DNA of 64,000 bases from an uncultured Gammaproteobacteria bacterium (lineage in GTDB: Bacteria; Patescibacteriota; Microgenomatia; Woykebacterales; RBG-16-39-9b), in the NCBI GenBank assembly GCA_964643435.1, contig CAZXPY010000003.1, positions 20,344 through 84,343 of the forward strand, given 5' to 3'. Numbering within the stretch: the first letter of the stretch is position 1; every line of letters begins with the position of its first letter. Position numbers and translations under genes: made by a program. Below the pieces are notes generated by a model. The model saw only the letters and a program-made list of their open reading frames with translations. It searched no databases and was not told where the DNA came from. Below are positions 10,027 to 20,881 of this stretch, one piece after another.

Positions 10027-10040
10027 ACCCCTCTTAGATT

Positions 10041-10445
10041 CTATTTTTGATTTGGATTATTTTGCCTATTCAAACCATTATTTATTAGCTCTTGCAGTTG
10101 TTTAGTAGGTTCGTAATTTGGATCTAATTCTAATGTTTTAGTAATCGCTACTTTGGCCTTTTGGAGATCATTAAGCTGGTAATAAATAGAAGAGAGTTTT
10201 AACCAAGCGTCTCGCCAATTAGGTTCCCTTTCGGTTTCTTTCTCCCAAAAAACCACCTCTTCTGTTAATTTTTTGTGAGTTTCAAGAGCTAAAGTTATCT
10301 TATCAACCTCCGTTTTGATTTTTCCATTCCTTCGGAAAACTTCTTCCGACAAACTGATAAAAAGCAAGAAGGTAAGAGTAATCAATACAAGATAGCTCTT
10401 TTTGGTAAATTTGAAGAAATTTTTAAATTTTAATCTCGAGGCCAT
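10041..10445 (-). CDS. membrane-anchored TPR-repeat protein
   Basis: N-terminal transmembrane segment and TPR-like repeats (KLSSIYYQLNDLQKAKVAITKTLELDP). Confidence 0.45.
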   Translation of the reverse strand: MASRLKFKNFFKFTKKSYLVLITLTFLLFISLSEEVFRRNGKIKTEVDKITLALETHKKLTEEVVFWEKETEREPNWRDAWLKLSSIYYQLNDLQKAKVAITKTLELDPNYEPTKQLQELINNGLNRQNNPNQK

Positions 10446-12553
10446 TTAGTGAGCATTATTGGGCCGCTATTGCCTTTAAGCCGTTGCCAAAGTTCTTCAG
10501 TAATAAAAGGCATAAAAGGATGCAAAGTAATTAAACAAGTTTCCAAAACCTGCTCTAAGGTGGCTTGAGCATGGGAACGGCGCTTCTTTGCCTTTTCAAT
10601 ATAAATATCAGCAAATTTGTGCCAAACGAAGTCGTAAAGAGAGTGAGCGGCTTGACCGAAACGGTAAGCCTCAATATCAGTAGTGACTTTCTTTCTGGTT
10701 TTTTCCAGCTCCTCCAAAATCCACTTATCCTCCGCATTTTTAATTTTGATCCTTCGACTCCGCTCAGGATCAACCCTGAGCTGGTCGAATGGGTTGAATT
10801 TTGCGTCTGAAAGACCAAGCTTTGCTTCAGTTTTAATTCCAGATTCACTCGAAAGAATGAATCTGGCGATATTCCAAAGCTTGTTAGCGAAATTTCTGGC
10901 CGCAATAATCGCGTCTTCACTAAATTTAATATCTTGCGTACCGGTATTTATGTACATTAACCCAAACCTGGTTGCGTCAGCCCCGTACTTTTCGATTAAA
11001 TCAATTGGGTCTATCCCAGTTCCCAGAGACTTACTCATTCTTTTACCCTCAATATTAAAAATAGTCGGGTGGACGTAAACTTTACTAAAAGGTTCTTTAC
11101 CCATAAACTCTAAACCAGAAAAAACCAGGCGACTTACCCACAAATTAATAATATCCCTAGCCGTGGAGAGAACTGTAGTTGGATAAAAATATTTAAGGTC
11201 GGCGGTTTTTTTAGGCCAACCAAAAACCGCAAATGACCAAAGAGCTGACGAGAACCAAGTATCTAAAACGTCCTCTTCCCCAGGCAAAGGAATTTTATGT
11301 CCCCACCAAATTTGTCTTGAGATATTCCAATCTTTGACATTTTTTAGCCAATTTAAATAAACTTTAGCCCACCTTTTGGGGATAAAGGTTACAGCACCCT
11401 CCTTAACGGCGTTTGCGGCGAGAAGTGCTAATTTATCCATTTTCAAAAACCACTGCTTGGAAACTAAAGGCTCAACTAGGCTGTTACAGCGGTAACAGGT
11501 AGGCATAGAAATTTGATAATTTTCTTCCTTTTCTAAGAAAGCCCCTTTTTTTAGATCTTCTAGAATCTTTTCTCTAGCCTTTACCTTGTCTAAATTAGCG
11601 TAAGGCCCACCTTCTTTGGTGATTTTCCCTTCCTCGTTAATTACCCTTATTAAGGGTAATTGATGGTGGCTGGCAATTTCAAAATCAATTGGGTCGTGGG
11701 CCGGAGTAACTTTGACAGCCCCACTACCAAAGTCTTTATTGACTAGAGAATCAGTTACAATTGGTATTTCTCGACCAAGTAGCGGTAAAATAGCCAATTT
11801 GCCCGCCAAAGAGGCATAGCGGCTGTCCTTGTTGTGGACAGCGACGGCGGTATCACCGAGCATAGTTTCGGGTCGGCTGGTGGCTACAGTTACAAAACCA
11901 CCGTCCTTAATAAGATATTTAATAAAATAAAGTTTGCCTTTAGTTTCAACATGGATAATTTCTAAATCGGAAAGGGAAGTAGCACAGCGGGAACACCAAT
12001 TAATAATTCGCTCACCTTTGTAAACCCACCCCTTCTTATAATAATGGAGAAAAGCGGTTTCGACTGCCTTGACGTAAGCGGGATCCATTGTATAGATAAG
12101 GCGACTCCAATCAGCACTAATGCCGAGTTTCTTAAACTGATCGAGAATCTTAAATCCGTATTTTTCCCGCCACTCCTTTACTTTTTCAATAAATTGCTCT
12201 TTTCCCAAGTCAAAACGCGTTTTACCTCTCTTTCCTAATTCTTTTTCCACTACCACTTGAGTAGCAATTCCAGCGTGATCTGTTCCGGGGACCCAAAGCG
12301 CAACTTCTCCTAGCATTCTTTTGTAGCGGATTAAAACATCCTGAATTGTTAAATTCAGGGCATGTCCCATATGCAAAGAACCAGTAATATTTGGCGGCGG
12401 CATAACCATAACAAAAGGCCTTTTGTTCTTAACTATTTTTACTGAAAATAAGCCCTTTTTTACCCAATCAGAGTAAATCCTTTCCTCAACTTTCTTAGGA
12501 TCGTAAACTTTATCCATTGAGCCAATTATATACGTATCGGTTATTTTAGGCAA
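10430..12553 (-). CDS. valS: valyl-tRNA synthetase (short form)
   Basis: Class I HMGH (SLHMGHALN) and KMSKS motifs; ValRS-like N-terminus. Confidence 0.85.
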   Translation of the reverse strand: MPKITDTYIIGSMDKVYDPKKVEERIYSDWVKKGLFSVKIVKNKRPFVMVMPPPNITGSLHMGHALNLTIQDVLIRYKRMLGEVALWVPGTDHAGIATQVVVEKELGKRGKTRFDLGKEQFIEKVKEWREKYGFKILDQFKKLGISADWSRLIYTMDPAYVKAVETAFLHYYKKGWVYKGERIINWCSRCATSLSDLEIIHVETKGKLYFIKYLIKDGGFVTVATSRPETMLGDTAVAVHNKDSRYASLAGKLAILPLLGREIPIVTDSLVNKDFGSGAVKVTPAHDPIDFEIASHHQLPLIRVINEEGKITKEGGPYANLDKVKAREKILEDLKKGAFLEKEENYQISMPTCYRCNSLVEPLVSKQWFLKMDKLALLAANAVKEGAVTFIPKRWAKVYLNWLKNVKDWNISRQIWWGHKIPLPGEEDVLDTWFSSALWSFAVFGWPKKTADLKYFYPTTVLSTARDIINLWVSRLVFSGLEFMGKEPFSKVYVHPTIFNIEGKRMSKSLGTGIDPIDLIEKYGADATRFGLMYINTGTQDIKFSEDAIIAARNFANKLWNIARFILSSESGIKTEAKLGLSDAKFNPFDQLRVDPERSRRIKIKNAEDKWILEELEKTRKKVTTDIEAYRFGQAAHSLYDFVWHKFADIYIEKAKKRRSHAQATLEQVLETCLITLHPFMPFITEELWQRLKGNSGPIMLTKWPRD

Positions 12554-12575
12554 TTACTTTAATTAAGGGAATAAT

Positions 12576-13556
12576 TTAAAAATGAAGTCCGGGGTCGGCT
12601 TTTATTTTTTGCCAGGCAACTGGTTTGTAGTTAAAATAAGCCGCTGCCGCAATCATCGCCGCGTTATCGATGGACAGACCAGGACCAGCGGCTACCACCT
12701 TGCTAGTAAAAGAGCTTTGCATTTTTTCGCGCAACCGCTGGTTTGCCGCAACCCCGCCAGCTAAGACAACCTGCGTGACCTTGAATTTGTTGGCTGCTTT
12801 GGAGGTTTTTGTAACTAGAACATCAACTATGGCTTCCTGAATACTTGCCGCCGCATCAGGAATGACTAGAGATTCTTTATTTATCGTTTTAATACTATTG
12901 GTAACGGCGGTTTTTAAGCCGGAAAAAGAAAAATCAAAATCGCCAGAGGCTATCAAGGGTCGAGGAAAATTAAAAGCTTTTGGGTTACCGCTCTTGGCAG
13001 ACCTTTCAATCTCTGGACCTCCGGGATAGGGAAGTCCTAGAAGCCGAGCAGTCTTATCAAAGGCTTCACCAGCCGCGTCGTCTCGGGTACCGCCTAGCCA
13101 AAGATAATTATTGTGGTTTTTTACTAAAAGCAAATCAGTGTGAGCCCCACTGACCACTAAAGCTAGGTAAGGAAATTTCGGGGCGGTTTGTTCTAGATAA
13201 CAACCGTAAATGTGGCCAATTAAATGATTTACTGGTACAATTGGTTTTTTCCAAGCAAAACTCAATGTTTTGGCGGCTTCAACACCAACTAATAATGATC
13301 CAATTAAACCAGGACCGACGGTTACCGCAACAGCATCAATACTGCTTTTGGAAAGTCTGGCGAGACGAAACGTTTCTTCTAAAACCGGGATTATTTCTTT
13401 AACTTGTTCTCGAGCTGCAGTTTCGGGAATTATGCCACCAGTTTTGGAATGCAACTGGGCAGAAGAAGACACAACATTGGATAAAATTTTTGTTCCATCG
13501 AGAACTACGGCAGCCGCAGTTTCATCACAACTAGTCTCAATACCCAAGATTCTCAT
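12576..13556 (-). CDS. tsaD: tRNA N6-adenosine threonylcarbamoyltransferase TsaD (Kae1/Gcp)
   Basis: MRILGIETSCDETAAAVV N-terminus and Kae1-family metal-binding motifs. Confidence 0.85.
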   Translation of the reverse strand: MRILGIETSCDETAAAVVLDGTKILSNVVSSSAQLHSKTGGIIPETAAREQVKEIIPVLEETFRLARLSKSSIDAVAVTVGPGLIGSLLVGVEAAKTLSFAWKKPIVPVNHLIGHIYGCYLEQTAPKFPYLALVVSGAHTDLLLVKNHNNYLWLGGTRDDAAGEAFDKTARLLGLPYPGGPEIERSAKSGNPKAFNFPRPLIASGDFDFSFSGLKTAVTNSIKTINKESLVIPDAAASIQEAIVDVLVTKTSKAANKFKVTQVVLAGGVAANQRLREKMQSSFTSKVVAAGPGLSIDNAAMIAAAAYFNYKPVAWQKIKADPGLHF

Positions 13557-13586
13557 CTAAATTAATTGTACTTTATCCTGTAGTAC

Positions 13587-13615
13587 TTGACAATGCTTGA
13601 CTGCTTTGCTATAAT
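13587..13615 (+). promoter_or_regulatory. consensus sigma70 promoter TTGACA-17-TATAAT
   Basis: Exact consensus hexamers with a 17-nt spacer, firing into the GC-rich non-coding locus. Confidence 0.6.
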
Positions 13616-13833
13616 GCCTATAGTTTTCAAAAGGCTGAAACGGTCGAGCCGGGAAATTCCGCCTGGATATTGGGTCTTTACCCAAAGAACCTCTAAAGGA
13701 AGCCCAGCGAGGCTCCTGCGGGGGTCGTAATAGATCCAGAGTGCCCAGCAAAACCGTGTAAGCGTATCGGAGAGGATCTGGCCGGGTGGTCACGCAGTCT
13801 GCGCATAAAAGCGCGGAAAGGAGAAGGCCATAT

Positions 13834-13926
13834 ATGGCTGTTCCAAGTAACCGGTCGTTTTTGGACAAGTTCAACGTCTTCGACCCGGTCGCCACCTCCG
13901 TCGGCGTGACCATCACCCCGATCTGA
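13834..13926 (+). CDS. possible 30-aa ORF MAVPSNRSFLDKFNVFDPVATSVGVTITPI inside the candidate non-coding RNA
   Basis: ATG preceded by AAAGGAGAAGG; it may be a spurious ORF within a structured RNA. Confidence 0.15.
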   Translation: MAVPSNRSFLDKFNVFDPVATSVGVTITPI

Positions 13927-13992
13927 GGCGACCATCATCGTCTGGCCAGGTAACCTGATGGCGTAAAGCCCCAGGATCCTGGTCAAGACAAG

Positions 13993-14066
13993 CCCGCTGG
14001 GAGGAAAATCGCTACTCGAGATGATCAGAGCGAATACCCTTCTCCCAGCGGGCCTCTTACTTTTAT
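13993..14066 (+). terminator. intrinsic terminator: long stem CCCGCUGGGAG/CUCCCAGCGGG plus CCUCUUACUUUUAUAG tail
   Basis: Inverted repeat followed by a U-rich tract, plus orientation; the tail matches the terminator tail at 37396..37409. Confidence 0.5.
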
Positions 14067-14074
14067 AGACACTT

Positions 14075-14584
14075 TTAAACCGGCTGCTTTGGCGGCATCA
14101 AAAATTTCTTAGACTCTAAATCCAGGTCAACAAAACTATCCGCCTCACTAATTAATTTAGCACTGGTACTTTTACCAAAACCAATCACTTCAACCCGGTG
14201 TCCCTGGTTTCGTAAATACTCTAGGGCCGGTACGTAGTCTCCGTCTCCAGAAACTAAAACCATAACGTCTAGTTTTGGTCCTAGCCGGATCATATCGATC
14301 ACAATGCCTACGTCCCAGTCACCTTTTTTTACTCCGCCGGGAAAAATTTGAATATCTTTAGTTTTTACTTCAAAACCGCTTTTCTCTAAAGCTTCAAAAA
14401 AAGTTTGCTCTTCGGGTATATCGGCCTTAATTACATAAGCGAGTGCCCTTATTAACTGACGAGAATTAACCCCGGTTTCTAAAATTTTTGAAAAATTAAC
14501 CCTAGCGCCGTAAATATTGCGGGCACTATAATATAAATTTTGAACATCAACAAAAACACCGATCCGCTGGTTTATATTTCTCAA
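14075..14584 (-). CDS. NYN/LabA-like (DUF88) nuclease-domain protein
   Basis: VFVDVQNLYY N-terminus and the VLVSGDGDYVPALEYLRNQGHRVEVIGF motif typical of LabA/NYN PIN-like domains. Confidence 0.65.
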   Translation of the reverse strand: MRNINQRIGVFVDVQNLYYSARNIYGARVNFSKILETGVNSRQLIRALAYVIKADIPEEQTFFEALEKSGFEVKTKDIQIFPGGVKKGDWDVGIVIDMIRLGPKLDVMVLVSGDGDYVPALEYLRNQGHRVEVIGFGKSTSAKLISEADSFVDLDLESKKFLMPPKQPV

Positions 14585-16455
14585 ATACCTTCACCTCCTG
14601 TTCCAATTAAATAAATTGCTCGCCAAGGTTGATAATGAGTAACAAAATCTTCTTTTGAAACTAGGTTACCCTCTTTATAAACTTTTCTTGAAAAAATAGT
14701 ATCGGCTCCCCAGGCTTCAAAATCAACTTGCTTTTTTGTACCGGCCGGTAGGCTTACATCTTCCTGGAAAGAAGGAGACGGTGGGGGAACTAAGTTCTTA
14801 ACAATTGGTTTGCTGATCTCAATAACCCGATTGTCAGCCGTACCGTATATCTCAAAAGCTAAATAGGATTTGGCCAAATCAATTCTTCTTTGAATCAACA
14901 AATAATTCGGAGTGTCGTTTTTAAATTTTAAATCTGAAGTGGGAAAATAAACTGAAGCATCAATTCCTGGAGGGGAATCAAGTTCATAATAGCCAACTCG
15001 GTAGGCATGGGGGTGGCGTTCAACAACCGGCAAACCAGCGTTTAAAATAGCCCTAAAAAGGGTGGTTGAAACCTGACAAATTCCGCCACCGACCCCAATT
15101 TGGGTGCGGCCATTTATTATAATATAAGCTTCTCTAAAACCAGTGGTGGCTTCAACGTCACCAATCGCTTTGTGCATCGAAAAAGTTTCCCCAGGCGCAA
15201 TTAAAACGCCGTTTAATCTTTCAGAACCAAGCCTTATATTGTGAACCCTTCCTTCCCCGCTACCACCAAATTTAGATTCTCCTGTACCGAGAAGTTCTTT
15301 TATACCTAGGTTATTGACATTTTCAATTGTGACAGCTGCTTTAGTAATTTTTACTGGTAAATCAAGCGTTTTCTCCTCACCACTAAGAGAACTACTGATT
15401 AAGTTTACTAATAAATCTTCGTCAAGCTCTCGACCTTCCTGATGGGGTACAAAATTGGCGACTCTTCCTCCCTGAAATTCAAAACGGGCGTTAATAGAGG
15501 GTTGATCGATTTCTTGGGTGATTCTGGCCACATAATCTTTTACCGCGGCCGTATTTATCTGGACAAGCGGGTTTGATTTGGGAGAGGTTAACGAATAAAT
15601 TTTCTGTATTTGTATTGTGTAATTGGCAGTTTTTATTTTGAAAGCAGAGGAAGAGTCTCCAGAGTCTAGACTAATAAACTGCGCTAATTGCTTTGTGTCT
15701 AATTTCCAAGTCTTATTTCCCAATCGCAACGTTAATTTAGTGTTAAAAATCTTTTTGATGTCTTCTTGGGCAGCAATAACATCGGCTTCAGAGACAGTTG
15801 GTTCAACGATTCGAAGCTGACCAACCACTAAGGAAGAAAAATTTTTACTAGATTTTAATAAGGCGTTTTTTAAACCGGTTTTATCCAATTTTACGCCATT
15901 TTCCCCACCTTTAACGAGAAAATCTCTTCCATTGAAGCTAAAAGTAGCGTCTTCTGGAGCAACTTCAAACTGGGAACTTAAGTTATCTAAAAAAGAGTTA
16001 ATTTTTGTCTCGTCAATATCCAAAGAAACCCCGACCCCTTTTTTACCAAAAAAACCTTCTAAGATCTGCTTAGAAGATAGAAAAATATTTGGATCACGAC
16101 CGATCCTAAAGGCCTCTTTAATTGTATCTTTGGTATTAAAATCTATACCGGCGTCTTTGGGTTTAAAATTTTCTTGGTAATTGTCTATTTTTAAAGTAAA
16201 CCCTTCTTTTTTAAAACTAGTTATTTTTTGAACTACTCTTTCTTCAGCTTGCTCTAAATTTTGAGATCCCAGATTTATATTAGCGACAAAAATATTTGGA
16301 TAAATCCTTTCCCTAAAAACGTAAAAAAGGAGAAAAGTGAGGCACAAGAGGGCAAATAGAACAACGTAAAAAGATGTTAGAAACTGACCCTGTAGGTAAA
16401 AACCAGTGGATAAGTCTTTATTAATTGGTATCTGGTTTCTAGTTTTCTTAGCCAT
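14581..16455 (-). CDS. VanW-family protein with an N-terminal membrane anchor
   Basis: C-terminal VanW-like region (GGGICQVSTTLFRAILNAGLPVVERHPHAYRVGYY); N-terminal transmembrane helix. Confidence 0.65.
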   Translation of the reverse strand: MAKKTRNQIPINKDLSTGFYLQGQFLTSFYVVLFALLCLTFLLFYVFRERIYPNIFVANINLGSQNLEQAEERVVQKITSFKKEGFTLKIDNYQENFKPKDAGIDFNTKDTIKEAFRIGRDPNIFLSSKQILEGFFGKKGVGVSLDIDETKINSFLDNLSSQFEVAPEDATFSFNGRDFLVKGGENGVKLDKTGLKNALLKSSKNFSSLVVGQLRIVEPTVSEADVIAAQEDIKKIFNTKLTLRLGNKTWKLDTKQLAQFISLDSGDSSSAFKIKTANYTIQIQKIYSLTSPKSNPLVQINTAAVKDYVARITQEIDQPSINARFEFQGGRVANFVPHQEGRELDEDLLVNLISSSLSGEEKTLDLPVKITKAAVTIENVNNLGIKELLGTGESKFGGSGEGRVHNIRLGSERLNGVLIAPGETFSMHKAIGDVEATTGFREAYIIINGRTQIGVGGGICQVSTTLFRAILNAGLPVVERHPHAYRVGYYELDSPPGIDASVYFPTSDLKFKNDTPNYLLIQRRIDLAKSYLAFEIYGTADNRVIEISKPIVKNLVPPPSPSFQEDVSLPAGTKKQVDFEAWGADTIFSRKVYKEGNLVSKEDFVTHYQPWRAIYLIGTGGEGI

Positions 16456-16501
16456 TTTTAAGTTGAAACAACTCCTACCTTATGATACCATTTATAGGTT
16501 A

Positions 16502-17380
16502 ATGAGCCAAAAAATTCGTAAAGCAATAATCCCCGCTGCCGGCTATGGAACTCGGTTTTTGCCAGTTACCAAAGCAATGCCAAAAGAAATGCTTCCAGTA
16601 GTGGATAAACCAATTATCCAATACGTTGTTGAGGAAGCAGTCGAGAGCGGAATCGAAGATATAATTATTGTTACTGGAGCAAACAAAAGGGCAATTGAGG
16701 ATCATTTTGATCGGGCAAGTGAATTAGAGGATTGGTTAAAGGAAAATCATAAAGAAAAAGAACTAGAAGAAATTAAACGGATCGCTTCTTTAGCGAACTT
16801 TATTTATATTAGGCAAAAAGGAAACTACTACGGTAATGCCCTGCCAGTTCTTAACGCCGAACACTTAGTGGAAAATGAGCCGTTTGCCGTTCTTTGGGGA
16901 GATGAGTTTATTTATGGGGAGCCTCCCCGTCTAAAACAAATGCTTTCAGTTTTTGAAAAGTACCAGGCTCCAATTATAAGTGCTGTTCGTATTAAAAATA
17001 AAAAAGATTTAAGCCGTTACGGCATTGCTAAGGTAAAACCGGTAGAGGGGAATGTTTTTCAAATCGAAAAAATTGTTGAAAAGCCAAAACCGCAAGAGGC
17101 ACCATCTAACCTAGCCACTCACGGTGCATATATTTTGACTCCGGATGTTTTTCCAATACTTAGGAATTTAAAACCTGGTAAAAATAACGAACTTTGGTTA
17201 CCAGATGCCGTTAGTGAACTTATTAAAAAAAGGCCCGTTTATGCAGTTGAGATTGAAAACGCCCGCTATTACGATACGGGTAATAAGTTGGAATATTTAA
17301 AAGCAAATATCGATTTCGCTTTAAGAAGCGAAGAGTTTAATGGAGAGCTTCTAAAATTTTTGAAAAATATTGTAAAGTAA
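16502..17380 (+). CDS. galU: UTP--glucose-1-phosphate uridylyltransferase
   Basis: KAIIPAAGYGTRFLPVTKAMPKEMLPVVDKPIIQYVVEEA; the start is set at the internal ATG just after the VanW gene ends. Confidence 0.8.
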   Translation: MSQKIRKAIIPAAGYGTRFLPVTKAMPKEMLPVVDKPIIQYVVEEAVESGIEDIIIVTGANKRAIEDHFDRASELEDWLKENHKEKELEEIKRIASLANFIYIRQKGNYYGNALPVLNAEHLVENEPFAVLWGDEFIYGEPPRLKQMLSVFEKYQAPIISAVRIKNKKDLSRYGIAKVKPVEGNVFQIEKIVEKPKPQEAPSNLATHGAYILTPDVFPILRNLKPGKNNELWLPDAVSELIKKRPVYAVEIENARYYDTGNKLEYLKANIDFALRSEEFNGELLKFLKNIVK

Positions 17381-17432
17381 TGGTAGTTTTGCTACACTTA
17401 GATTAGATTTAAGGTTCGAATCCCTATTTTGT

Positions 17433-18806
17433 ATGGCTGCCCTTAGGTTTGTTTTCATTTTTATCATCGCTTCAGCACTTTTATTAGGTGGATTTCTTTT
17501 TATTTCAACAAAAACCGATTTATTAAAACCAAGCCCAAAAGAAGTCACTTTAAAATATTGGGGTTTTTATGAACCGTCAACTGTCAAACTGATTATTGAA
17601 GATTACCAAAAAACTCATCCTAAAGTAAAAATTAGTTACGAAAAATTTTCCCCTCAAAATTACCGGGAAACTCTGCAAACAAGAATAAAGGATAATCGAG
17701 GACCAGATATTTTTAGATTTCATGCCAGTTGGGTTCCGGTCTTAAAAGCGGAACTTTCTCCTCTTCCTAAAGAAATTATGGACGATAAGAACTTTACCGA
17801 AGCGTTTTACCAAATTGCGGCGGAGAACTTAAAGAGCGGAGGCAATTTTGTAGGCATTCCCTTAGAATACGATTCTTTAGCTTTAATCTATAATAGCGAT
17901 TTATTAAAAGCAGCTGGATTAGAAAAACCACCCGCTACTTGGAATGAACTTAGGTTTAACTATGCCCCAAAGTTAGCCCAAAGAGATGAAACTGGCCGAC
18001 TTACGGTGGCCGCGGTTGCTTTGGGTAGTAATATAAATGTTGATTATTCTTCGGATATCCTAGGGTTGATGATGCTCCAAAACGGGGTTAGTTTTTTTGA
18101 TGACGGCAAAGTTTTATTTGATAAAAGTTTATCCTCCGATACCCCACCCCGTAATCTAGGAGCGGATGCACTGACCTTCTTCACTCTTTTCATAAATCAG
18201 GATCGAGTTTGGGATGAAACTTTGCCAAATTCAATTCAAGCCTTTGCAAACGGTAAAGTGACGATGATTTTTGCACCAAGTGCAAAAATTTTTGAGATTA
18301 TCAAAACTTTTCAATCAAGTGGAAAACAAATAAATTTTGGGGTAGCTCCGATACCACAATTAATCTCTGATTCTAATAGAAGAGTTAGTTGGGCCTCTTA
18401 TTGGGCAGAAGGAGTTTCAACTAAAAGTAAACTTAAAAAAGAAGCTTGGGAATTTCTAAAGTTCCTTTCCGAAAAAGAAACTTTAAGAGCTCTTCATCTA
18501 GAAATAAGAAAAGAACAAACATTTAGTCCAATTCCTTCAAGAAAAGATTTAAGTCAGGAACTTTTAACCGATAGCTTCTTAGCGCCTTATGTAAGCGAAG
18601 CCCCTTATGCAAAAAATTGGTATATGAACTCTTTTACGTTTGACAACGGATTAAATGATAAGATTATCGAAGAATTCTCTATCGCAATCCAAGAAGCTTT
18701 AAAAGGTTCAGACGCTAAAGGATCTTTAGTAGCGGCGGGTAAGAAGGTTGAACAGATCTTAACAGAGTTTAATTTAATCCAACCCCAATCTACCAAAAAA
18801 CCTTAA
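17433..18806 (+). CDS. ABC transporter extracellular solute-binding protein (family 1, sugar-type) with an N-terminal anchor
   Basis: SBP_bac_1-like sequence after an N-terminal hydrophobic segment. Confidence 0.65.
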   Translation: MAALRFVFIFIIASALLLGGFLFISTKTDLLKPSPKEVTLKYWGFYEPSTVKLIIEDYQKTHPKVKISYEKFSPQNYRETLQTRIKDNRGPDIFRFHASWVPVLKAELSPLPKEIMDDKNFTEAFYQIAAENLKSGGNFVGIPLEYDSLALIYNSDLLKAAGLEKPPATWNELRFNYAPKLAQRDETGRLTVAAVALGSNINVDYSSDILGLMMLQNGVSFFDDGKVLFDKSLSSDTPPRNLGADALTFFTLFINQDRVWDETLPNSIQAFANGKVTMIFAPSAKIFEIIKTFQSSGKQINFGVAPIPQLISDSNRRVSWASYWAEGVSTKSKLKKEAWEFLKFLSEKETLRALHLEIRKEQTFSPIPSRKDLSQELLTDSFLAPYVSEAPYAKNWYMNSFTFDNGLNDKIIEEFSIAIQEALKGSDAKGSLVAAGKKVEQILTEFNLIQPQSTKKP

Positions 18807-18832
18807 CCTCTCTTTCTAGGTCTTGACAAAGA

Positions 18833-18860
18833 CGTTATTATTTATATAATCATTCATTAG
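18833..18860 (+). promoter_or_regulatory. sigma70 promoter of groES-groEL (TTGACA-16-TATAAT)
   Basis: Hexamers read directly; sits immediately upstream of a CIRCE-like operator. Confidence 0.55.
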
Positions 18861-18866
18861 CAGAGA

Positions 18867-18893
18867 AACATTAAGATTGATAGTTTTTGCTTC
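18867..18893 (+). promoter_or_regulatory. CIRCE-variant HrcA operator TTAGCAGAG-N9-GATTGATAG
   Basis: 27-nt imperfect inverted repeat between the promoter and the groES start codon; the same layout is seen upstream of hrcA and dnaJ. Confidence 0.5.
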
Positions 18894-19210
18894 AAAATAT
18901 GGAAAAAAATAAATCTGTTAAACTAAATAACATTAAGCCGCTAGCTGGCTACGCTTTGATTGAGCCTCAAGAAGCCGAAGAAGTAACGGCAGCCGGAATT
19001 GTTTTACCCGATAGCGCCCAAGAAAAACCAGCTCAAGGTAAGGTTTTGGCAGTAGGAGGACCCTCTTTAATTGATGGTAGGAGAGTAAAACCAGAATTTA
19101 AAGTTGGCGACATTGTTTTGTACAAAAAATGGGGTGGAGACGAAATTAAAATTTACGGTAAGGAATTTAAGCTTGTTAAATTTGAAGATGTTATGGCAAT
19201 TTTAAAGTAA
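18887..19210 (+). CDS. groES: co-chaperonin GroES
   Basis: 107-aa Hsp10 with the mobile loop AAGIVLPDSAQEKP. Confidence 0.9.
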   Translation: MLQNMEKNKSVKLNNIKPLAGYALIEPQEAEEVTAAGIVLPDSAQEKPAQGKVLAVGGPSLIDGRRVKPEFKVGDIVLYKKWGGDEIKIYGKEFKLVKFEDVMAILK

Positions 19211-19214
19211 ATAA

Positions 19215-20855
<1,641 letters not shown>

Positions 20856-20881
20856 ATTAATTCAAAATTTAAAAGGCAAAA

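Larger units (their letters stand above)
13622..14066 (+). ncRNA. candidate structured non-coding RNA of about 440 nt; identity unresolved (RNase P RNA and tmRNA considered but not confirmed)
   Basis: GC-rich and hairpin-dense: CAGGUAACCUG, CCAGGAUCCUGG, and a long CCCGCUGGGAG...CUCCCAGCGGG stem. Bounded by a consensus promoter and a plus-strand intrinsic terminator. The only ORF is 30 codons. Its 5' end resembles a tmRNA 5' end, but no tRNA-like 3' end was found. Confidence 0.4.

Noticed and set aside
10555-12238. Several 60-130-aa ORFs in both orientations inside valS
   Set aside because: They are embedded in a confidently identified class I aminoacyl-tRNA synthetase gene and are spurious.
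13557-13986. Minus-strand ORFs of 119 and 97 aa across the GC-rich locus
   Set aside because: Low-complexity Gly/Arg/His-rich translations with no ribosome-binding site. The promoter and terminator flanking this locus are both plus-oriented, so these are artefacts of GC-rich sequence.
13622-14066. Attempt to call this locus tmRNA or RNase P RNA
   Set aside because: The 5' end resembles a tmRNA 5' end, but no T-arm, acceptor 3' strand with CCA, or tag ORF ending in AA-stop could be found. RNase P CR-I, CR-II/III and CR-V motifs were not found on either strand. An apparent match to the RNase P 3' end turned out to be to its reverse complement. Left as an unresolved non-coding RNA.
17410-17434. 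GGTTCGAATCC T-loop-like motif just after galU, suggesting a tRNA
   Set aside because: A cloverleaf attempted by hand fails: the anticodon stem (TTTGC against AGATT) and the acceptor stem (which needs TACAAAA upstream) do not pair. It is probably a chance motif.
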